NCBI GenBank assembly: GCA_000166095.1
Contig: CP002278.1
Coordinates: 1,200,001-1,232,000, forward strand
Reading direction: 5' to 3'
Length of the DNA: 32,000 nt
Origin: Methanothermus fervidus DSM 2088
Lineage (GTDB): Archaea > Methanobacteriota > Methanobacteria > DSM-2088 > Methanothermaceae
Part shown: positions 26,004 through 32,000 of the stretch, piece after piece
Position numbering within the stretch: position 1 is the first letter of the stretch
Layout: every line of letters starts with the position of its first letter
Position numbers and translations under genes: made by a program
Notes under the pieces: generated by a model
Told to the model about the DNA's origin: nothing
What the model saw: only the letters and a program-made list of their open reading frames with translations
Database searches by the model: none

Positions 26004-26699
26004 GTGATAATTTCTCATTTTTCAGTAAGTGACAAGATAACAATTTTAGTTGCTAGATGTAATTTTAAATGTAAATATTGTTTTTTCAAACCTTTTAGAG
26101 AGATAGATATAGATGTAGAAAAATTAATAAAAATCACTAAAAAATTAAGAAAGCAATTTAAATTAAATAAAATCATGATTGCAGGTGGAGAACCTACTTT
26201 GGAAAAGGACCTGCCTGAATTTGTAAAATTATTAAAAGAGAATAATTTTTATGTTATAATTTCAACTAACGGATATTATTTATGTGAAATGTTGCATAAA
26301 CTAGAGGCAGATGAAATTCATATTGATTTAAAAGCATTGGATAACAAGATTCATAAAAAGTTAACAGGCTCATCAAACAAAAAAATTTTGAAATGCATTG
26401 AATACATAGGACTAAGAAAAAATAGGCTACCTTTTAGAGTAGAAGTATGTACTGTGTATATTCCTGGAATTGTTGAAATCAATGAAATAAGAAATATAGC
26501 TAAATTTCTTAGTAAGTGGGATTTACACTATAGGATAACTGGTCATGTGCCAGTTACTTTAAATGTTCGTAGGCCTACTAGAGATGAATTATTATTTGCT
26601 AAAAAGGAAGCTTGTAAATACCTATCTAATGTTACGTCTTCACTAGATTTTAAAAGACATAAACCTTCACAAATCAAGATTAATCCTGAGGAGTTGTGA
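26004..26699 (+). CDS. Radical SAM protein (small activase/QueE-like size class)
   Basis: It carries a CX3CX2C cluster motif (ARCNFKCKYCFF), the SAM-binding IAGGEPTLEKD, and ISTNG. The track start is a TTG at 25992. The GTG at 26004 lies 6 nt after GGGG and is my preferred start; the start is uncertain. Confidence 0.75.
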   Translation: MIISHFSVSDKITILVARCNFKCKYCFFKPFREIDIDVEKLIKITKKLRKQFKLNKIMIAGGEPTLEKDLPEFVKLLKENNFYVIISTNGYYLCEMLHKLEADEIHIDLKALDNKIHKKLTGSSNKKILKCIEYIGLRKNRLPFRVEVCTVYIPGIVEINEIRNIAKFLSKWDLHYRITGHVPVTLNVRRPTRDELLFAKKEACKYLSNVTSSLDFKRHKPSQIKINPEEL

Positions 26700-26988
26700 C
26701 TCTTTCAATAATTCTTTTACCTGCCACTACTTCGTCTACACTTTGAATTGATGCACCATATTCACTTATTGCATTTGTTATTTTTTTGTAGTTTAAATCA
26801 TTTCCCTGTATTGTTACTTTTATTGTTTCTGTGTCTTTATCAACTTCCATAAGGCTTATATTTACGCCTTCTACTCCTTCAACCTTACTGAGATGTTTTG
26901 CAAAAACAGGAAGGGCTGGTTCATGGGGCTTAAGAACATCTAAAACTATCCGTATTAGACCTTTACTCACTTTCGGATTACCTCCCAT
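26680..26988 (-). CDS. DUF211 (COG1888) family archaeal protein, function unknown
   Basis: IRIVLDVLKPHEPALPVFAKHLSKVEGVEGVNISLMEVDKDTETIKVTIQG matches my recollection of DUF211. It overlaps the radical SAM gene convergently by 20 nt. Confidence 0.6.
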   Translation of the reverse strand: MGGNPKVSKGLIRIVLDVLKPHEPALPVFAKHLSKVEGVEGVNISLMEVDKDTETIKVTIQGNDLNYKKITNAISEYGASIQSVDEVVAGKRIIERVTTPQD

Positions 26989-27102
26989 AGAAGATTCTTT
27001 TTGGATATTATACTTTGTAACTATTGTCTATTATCGTTTTCCAATATATAAATATTTTTTGTTTTTAGATTTGTTAGTGAGGAAATTTATGATCTCAAAA
27101 AT

Positions 27103-27858
27103 TCAATTAATGAATTTTACATATTTAAGAAGATCAATTGCATTTTTAACCTCAGATTCTAAATTTAAAGATAGATATGCTTTTTTACCCAATGAAAAAC
27201 TTGAGGATAATATCATTTGTTTTTTGCCAATTAATTCAACCCCATTGACTGGTGTATGACCTACAACCATTGCATTACATCCAACTTTCTCTAGAAATCT
27301 ATCTATATCAGAAAGTGAGTAATCACCATATCTATTCCAAATTAATTCATATAAGATGGGATCATCATAATCTTTAACTTTCATAATATCTTCAATACTT
27401 TCTATATATCTAGAAGGACCTGCATGGGAAATAAATACTTTGTTAGAGGTCCTAACAGCTAAATGAAATTTCTTAAAAAATGTTTTAAACTCATCTAATA
27501 TTTCTTTCCATCCATCTCCAAATTTACTTTTCAATAATCTTTCAAACATTATTGTGAGATTTATACCACCTTTGTAGATGGGAATTCCTGTAATCACAGA
27601 CCATTCATGATTACCAAGTAGAAGATATATATTTTTTTCGCTCTTAAGTAAGTCTCGAACTTTGTATATAATTTCGACAGATCCATCTTCCTTTAAATCC
27701 ATTGCATGGATTAGATCACCTGTAAATACAAAATATTCGTGCTCACCACTTTCCCAAATTTTAATATATTTATTAAAATCTTTTAAATTTCCATGAATAT
27801 CAGTAACTACTAAAAGCTTACCATTATTTGATAATTCAATTAGAGGATCTTTCATCAA
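27103..27858 (-). CDS. PPP-family metallophosphatase (Ser/Thr phosphatase / ApaH-like)
   Basis: LLVVTDIHGN, FVFTGDLIH, LLLGNHEW and MVVGHTP are present in canonical order. Confidence 0.75.
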   Translation of the reverse strand: MMKDPLIELSNNGKLLVVTDIHGNLKDFNKYIKIWESGEHEYFVFTGDLIHAMDLKEDGSVEIIYKVRDLLKSEKNIYLLLGNHEWSVITGIPIYKGGINLTIMFERLLKSKFGDGWKEILDEFKTFFKKFHLAVRTSNKVFISHAGPSRYIESIEDIMKVKDYDDPILYELIWNRYGDYSLSDIDRFLEKVGCNAMVVGHTPVNGVELIGKKQMILSSSFSLGKKAYLSLNLESEVKNAIDLLKYVKFIN

Positions 27859-28243
27859 TACACCTTACTTCAGTTTTTGAAATTTCATCTAAAATTCTTA
27901 TTGATTTTGATTTAACAATCCAAGCAATAATAACGTCAAAAATTACTGGAAACCACAAAATCTTTGAAATGTTTCGCAACAATGTTTGTTTGTAAGTTAA
28001 ATCTTTTTCTTTAGATACAACCTCTAAATTTTGTAAATTTTTTCCAATAGTTTTGCCAAAATTTTTTTCAAAATATGTAAAGTATGCTAGCGTTATCGCT
28101 ATCAATACTACAATCCAATAGTTATATATGGGATAAAGTTTGGATGCTACAATCAATGGGTAAAATATTAGAGCTAGTAGCCATACTATTATTGTAACAA
28201 ATACTGCATCAATTACAAATGCAATAAATCTTTTTTTATACAT
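27836..28243 (-). CDS. RDD-family integral membrane protein
   Basis: KRFIAFVIDAVFVTIIVWLLALIF is followed by further hydrophobic helices and a distal conserved Arg/Asp pattern. It overlaps the downstream phosphatase gene by 23 nt. Confidence 0.6.
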   Translation of the reverse strand: MYKKRFIAFVIDAVFVTIIVWLLALIFYPLIVASKLYPIYNYWIVVLIAITLAYFTYFEKNFGKTIGKNLQNLEVVSKEKDLTYKQTLLRNISKILWFPVIFDVIIAWIVKSKSIRILDEISKTEVRCIDERSSN

Positions 28244-28252
28244 TTTTGAACC

Positions 28253-29266
28253 TCAACAAACTCTTGGTACTGGATCAGCAACAGGAGTTTCCAATATTCT
28301 TTTTCCACCCACAGAAGTCTTAAGTATTACATGTTTGTCGTCTGTTACTTCTCCTATTATTTCAGCGTCCTTACCATGTTTTGTTTTTTTCACAGCTTCC
28401 AAAACATCCTCTGCTAAATCTGATTCAACTCCTATAATTACTTTTCCTTCATTTGCTACTTCATATGGATCTATACCTAACATTTCTGAGGCTGCAACAA
28501 CTTCTTCTTTTATAGGTATTTTGTTTTCATATATTAACATTCCAACTCCAGATTTGGATGCCATTTCATTCAATGCATTAGCTAATCCACCACGAGTTGG
28601 ATCTTTCATGGCTTTGACTCCACCAACATTTAAAGCAGCTTCAACCACATCCCATACAGGTGCTACATCAGATTTTAAATTTGTTTCAAATCCAAATCCT
28701 TCACGATGAGCCATTATTGCCATGCCATGATCGCCAACAGTTCCACTTAATATAATCTTATCCCCTACTTCTAATCCAGAATCTGGTTTTATTTCACCAT
28801 TTTTTGCAATTCCGATGCCGGTTGTCGTTATTATTATATCATCAAATTTATTTTTCTCAATAACTTTAGTGTCTCCTGTGATTATTGAAATTCCTACTTC
28901 CTTACAAGTTTTATTCATTGATTTTATTATTCTCTTAAGGTCTTTTTTTGGAAATCCTTCAGATATAACTAGAGCACTAGCTATGGCAAGAGGTCTTGCA
29001 CCCATCACAGCAAGATCATTCACAGTACCTGAAACAGCTAATTTACCTATATCACCACCTGGAAAAAATATTGGATCTATTGTATGGCTGTCAGTAGTTA
29101 CAACTATCTCACTTTTTCCTAATGGAATAGTGGCACCATCATCTAACTCATCGAGCCCTATACCGCCATTAACATTTTTATTTTCTAAATTAGATAGTAT
29201 TATCTCAGATATCATTTTTTGCATCATTTCTCCGCCTGCGCCCTCTGATAATTTTATTTTTTCCAT
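28253..29266 (-). CDS. hypE: [NiFe]-hydrogenase maturation protein HypE (carbamoyl dehydratase)
   Basis: The fold is PurM/AIR-synthase-like (LSEGAGGEMM, LDDGA, MKDPTRGGLA). The protein ends in the diagnostic C-terminal ...DPVPRVC; the terminal Cys carries the thiocyanate. Confidence 0.85.
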   Translation of the reverse strand: MEKIKLSEGAGGEMMQKMISEIILSNLENKNVNGGIGLDELDDGATIPLGKSEIVVTTDSHTIDPIFFPGGDIGKLAVSGTVNDLAVMGARPLAIASALVISEGFPKKDLKRIIKSMNKTCKEVGISIITGDTKVIEKNKFDDIIITTTGIGIAKNGEIKPDSGLEVGDKIILSGTVGDHGMAIMAHREGFGFETNLKSDVAPVWDVVEAALNVGGVKAMKDPTRGGLANALNEMASKSGVGMLIYENKIPIKEEVVAASEMLGIDPYEVANEGKVIIGVESDLAEDVLEAVKKTKHGKDAEIIGEVTDDKHVILKTSVGGKRILETPVADPVPRVC

Positions 29267-29280
29267 TTTACATCACCATT

Positions 29281-29844
29281 TTATTGTAAATAACCTGTTA
29301 TTATGGAAATTGGATTATTAGCTAACATCATGGTTCCCCTATCTAAAATACGACCTTTGGAAATATTAACTTCGATTATCTCTGTTTTAAAGCCTAAATT
29401 TTGTAAGGTGTGCACAGCTTCAACTTTAGTCTCCAAAAGAATCGCAGTTATAACTATCCTACCATTTTCTGTAAGTTTTTTACTGCCAATATTCAAAATT
29501 TCCTGTAATTTACCTCCACTTCCGCCTACTATCATTACATCAAAATTTTTTAAATTTTTTAAGACTTCTGTTGCTTCACCATGTATTATGTTTACTCTAT
29601 CTAATAAACCTTGTTTTTTGAGGTTTTTACGAGTTAGATTTATAGCTTTAATATTTTTGTCTATGGCATCAATTCTACCAGCCTTTTTTGCTAATTCTAT
29701 GGTTATGGCCCCAGTACCACATCCAACTTCCACAACATAATCATTTTTCTTAATTCGCGCCTTACATAAAACCAAACATCTAATTTCTTCTTTTGTTGGG
29801 CCTGGTACATCCTTACTCTTCAGTATCTCTTCATCACTTATCAA
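29281..29844 (-). CDS. cbiT: Cobalt-precorrin-6B C15-methyltransferase (decarboxylating) CbiT
   Basis: [40 protein letters not shown] is the typical CbiT N-terminus plus SAM motif I. The size (187 aa) fits. Confidence 0.8.
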   Translation of the reverse strand: MISDEEILKSKDVPGPTKEEIRCLVLCKARIKKNDYVVEVGCGTGAITIELAKKAGRIDAIDKNIKAINLTRKNLKKQGLLDRVNIIHGEATEVLKNLKNFDVMIVGGSGGKLQEILNIGSKKLTENGRIVITAILLETKVEAVHTLQNLGFKTEIIEVNISKGRILDRGTMMLANNPISIITGYLQ

Positions 29845-30400
29845 GCATTACACCTTCCCAACGTTTAAACAAATCATGTTTTATTTCCAAAATATCTAAA
29901 ATTTTCCCAACAATGAAATTGATAAGCTCATCAATGGTTTTTGGATTATGATAAAATGCTGGGGCTGCTGGAAGAATTATACCTCCTTCCTTACAAATTT
30001 TTAACATATTCTCAAGATGAACAAGTCGTAATGGTGTTTCACGAGGTACAAGAATTAGTTTACGCTTTTCTTTCAATGCTACGTCTGCGGCCCGTGTTAA
30101 TGCATTGTCTGTATATCCATGTGCAATGGCTGATAAAGTTTTCATTGTACATGGGATTATTACCATTGATTCAAATAAAAAAGATCCACTGTTTATTGGA
30201 GCTGTTAAATCTCTATATTCAAAATAATAATCACTTTTTTCTTTTAAATCATTTACAGACAATCCAAGTTCATATTTCAAAATTTTTTCTCCTATTTCAC
30301 TTACTATTAAACCTGTTTCTTTACCAACCTTATTAAGCACTTCTAAAAGTTTTACAGCATATATGACCCCACTGGCACCTGTAATACCTACAATTATCAT
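29834..30400 (-). CDS. ubiX: Flavin prenyltransferase UbiX (prFMN synthase)
   Basis: [37 protein letters not shown] and [10 protein letters not shown] are present. 188 aa. Confidence 0.85.
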   Translation of the reverse strand: MIIVGITGASGVIYAVKLLEVLNKVGKETGLIVSEIGEKILKYELGLSVNDLKEKSDYYFEYRDLTAPINSGSFLFESMVIIPCTMKTLSAIAHGYTDNALTRAADVALKEKRKLILVPRETPLRLVHLENMLKICKEGGIILPAAPAFYHNPKTIDELINFIVGKILDILEIKHDLFKRWEGVMLDK

Positions 30401-30405
30401 TCAAA

Positions 30406-31572
30406 TCACTCTAAATTGAAATAATCGTTTAATTCAAATTTTTTAAATTTACTAAGCTCTTCCTTAGGAACATATAAACATATTTCTGCATGATCAAATT
30501 TGGCGTTTTCTAATGCTTTCACTAATGTAGAAACATCTGATAAATATGCTATGTTATTATACTCATCTACAACTTGTATTTTTGTTTCATCAAGACGTGG
30601 ATATTCTGGCATGCTTACTATCACATAATCTCTATTTTCAACCTTCATATCCTCTGCAATCTCTTCTTCAATTTTTCTAATCTTTCTATCATCTATTTCA
30701 AAAACCTTCTCTGGTTTTGATAAATTTGCTAATTTTATAGAAGATGCAATTTTTAAAAGATTTCTACGATCTAATCTATCTATAATATCTTTTGCTATTC
30801 CATTCTTTTGTTTTCTGCAAATTGCAACAATATCAATATCATCATACCTGTATATTTTCTTAGGATCAATAATACCATCAGATACTAACTTTTTTAAAGC
30901 TTTACCAAACATCGCATTTGCAATTCTTGTTGTATGATGTTGGTAAACAGTAGGATACATGAAATATCGTGCTAACAATGTTGATTCTGCAGCCTGAACT
31001 CCTTTTTTATCAAGAACTATATTTTTTTCAATCCTCATACTTGAAATAAGTCTTTCAATGTCAATTATTCCATATGCAACGCCCGTGTAATAGGAATCTC
31101 TAAGAAGATAATCCATTTTATCAACATCTAATTCACTGGATAGCATCTGCCCAAGAATGCCCTTACCTTTAATTACATCGGTTATTTCTTTTACTTGGAA
31201 TTTTTCACGTAAAATGTCTGCTATAACTGATTTTTTAATTACTTTCACTGTTAAATCCTCATGAGAATATCCTAATATATTTTCTGAAACATGAGAAAAT
31301 GGACCATGACCTATATCATGAAGTAAGGCAGCTATACGAACAATTTCTTTTTCTTCTTTACTTAAATTAAGACTTTCAGCTAATGAAGATGCAAGATACA
31401 AAGTTCCTATTGAATGTTCAAAACGGGAATGATTTGCTCCAGGATATACTAAGTAAGAAAAACCAAGTTGTTTCACTCTTCTAAGTCTTTGAACAGGGTA
31501 TGTATCAATTATCTTAATTTCAAAATCATCTAATTTTAAATTTCCATGGATAGAATCTCTAATAAATTTCAT
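30406..31572 (-). CDS. HD-domain phosphohydrolase (COG1078, dNTPase/SAMHD1-like family)
   Basis: DSIHGNLKL...VQRLRRVKQLG...HSRFEHSIGT...AALLHDIGHGPFSH...DVDKMDYLLRDSYYTG is present. Confidence 0.8.
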   Translation of the reverse strand: MKFIRDSIHGNLKLDDFEIKIIDTYPVQRLRRVKQLGFSYLVYPGANHSRFEHSIGTLYLASSLAESLNLSKEEKEIVRIAALLHDIGHGPFSHVSENILGYSHEDLTVKVIKKSVIADILREKFQVKEITDVIKGKGILGQMLSSELDVDKMDYLLRDSYYTGVAYGIIDIERLISSMRIEKNIVLDKKGVQAAESTLLARYFMYPTVYQHHTTRIANAMFGKALKKLVSDGIIDPKKIYRYDDIDIVAICRKQKNGIAKDIIDRLDRRNLLKIASSIKLANLSKPEKVFEIDDRKIRKIEEEIAEDMKVENRDYVIVSMPEYPRLDETKIQVVDEYNNIAYLSDVSTLVKALENAKFDHAEICLYVPKEELSKFKKFELNDYFNLE

Positions 31573-31573
31573 T

Positions 31574-31960
31574 TTATTTATATATCTCTTTTTTTGTAAG
31601 GCCTATTTTATTTTTAACGACGTCAATAAGTTCTTTGATCGCATCAAATGCTTCATACCTATGTTTGCTTGCTACAGTAGCCATAAATATACTGTCACTA
31701 ACTCTTAGTTTGCCAACATGTAATATTGCATTTATCTCTACATTATATTTTTCTTCGATTTCTTCAATGGCTTTAATCAATAATTCTTCACTTTTTTCAT
31801 TAGTTTCCACAATAAGCTCCTTAACACCATTTCCTCTAACTATTCCATCATAATAGATAAGACAGCCATATTTTTCTATATTAGGACTATTCTTAGCAAT
31901 TTTTATTAAATCATTTATAGAATAAGTATTTTTTTCAGCTTCAGAAATCTTTACAAACAT
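31574..31960 (-). CDS. moaE: Molybdopterin synthase catalytic subunit MoaE-like
   Basis: GCLIYYDGIVRG, ILHVGKLRVSDSIFMATVASKHRYEAFDA and the C-terminal KKEIY follow the MoaE pattern (hxxFxGxVR ... HRxGxL ... HRxxAF ... KKE). Confidence 0.7.
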   Translation of the reverse strand: MFVKISEAEKNTYSINDLIKIAKNSPNIEKYGCLIYYDGIVRGNGVKELIVETNEKSEELLIKAIEEIEEKYNVEINAILHVGKLRVSDSIFMATVASKHRYEAFDAIKELIDVVKNKIGLTKKEIYK

Positions 31961-31965
31961 CGCAT

Positions 31966-32000
31966 TTAGCCCCCTCTTTCTTTGATAGGTGTTTTAACCT
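31966..32000 (-). CDS. 3' end of a gene whose product ends ...VKTPIKERGG* ; possible MoaD/ThiS-type (SAMP-like) sulfur carrier
   Basis: I translated the minus strand by hand: GTT AAA ACA CCT ATC AAA GAA AGA GGG GGC TAA. The C-terminal Gly-Gly lies directly upstream of moaE, and the GAGGGGG also serves as the moaE RBS. Only 10 codons are visible, so the call is weak. Confidence 0.3.
   Translation of the reverse strand, partial: VKTPIKERGG

Noticed and set aside
29820-29837. GTGATGA ... CTGA on the minus strand, resembling C and D' boxes
   Set aside because: The spacing is only 7 nt. No second box pair is present. It is simply the first codons of cbiT (ATG ATA AGT GAT GAA GAG ATA CTG AAG).
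1-32000. Search for CRISPR arrays, rRNA genes, transposases, toxin-antitoxin pairs, inteins and in-frame TGA (selenocysteine) recoding
   Set aside because: No regularly spaced direct repeats were seen. There is no unexplained non-coding stretch longer than about 180 bp. No split ORFs are separated by a single TGA. No recombinase-like ORFs were seen.

Overview
AT-rich, very gene-dense archaeal chromosome segment: about 36 CDS, one tRNA, one candidate C/D box sRNA. Intergenic gaps are short and many start/stop codons overlap. Gene content points to a Methanococcales-type methanogen: COG1900 plus NIL-ferredoxin homocysteine pathway, AksF/LeuB-type dehydrogenase, HypE, CbiT, archaeosine TGT, NAC, and a tRNA-Tyr with a C1:G72 pair. 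Most of the window is ordinary housekeeping: argJ-argB, trkA, TldD, AMMECR1, Nog1-type GTPase, Hsp20, GalU-like, UbiX, HD hydrolase, MoaE. No CRISPR array, transposase, integrase or rRNA was seen. Four things stand out. (1) A translationally coupled trio at 19459-22405 (-): a CpdA/Icc-like metallophosphoesterase, a Zc3h12a/NYN-type RNase with an uncharacterised C-terminal domain, and a membrane-anchored protein that looks like two tandem GGDEF/Cas10-type palm domains, the second carrying a GGDD motif. This resembles a nucleotide second-messenger synthase/effector/degrader set but sits inside a housekeeping operon. (2) A 1533-aa CobN/BchH-family protein with a signal peptide, many N-glycosylation sequons and a C-terminal linker, TM helix and basic tail. 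It is therefore predicted to be extracellular, and it is divergent from a secreted beta-helix protein. (3) A near-textbook C/D box sRNA candidate at 25889-25938 (-), in the leader of the tRNA-modification operon. (4) A tRNA-modification neighbourhood of an MnmC2-like methyltransferase, tgtA and a divergent radical SAM gene. All functional calls rest on motif recognition by eye; no database search was possible.
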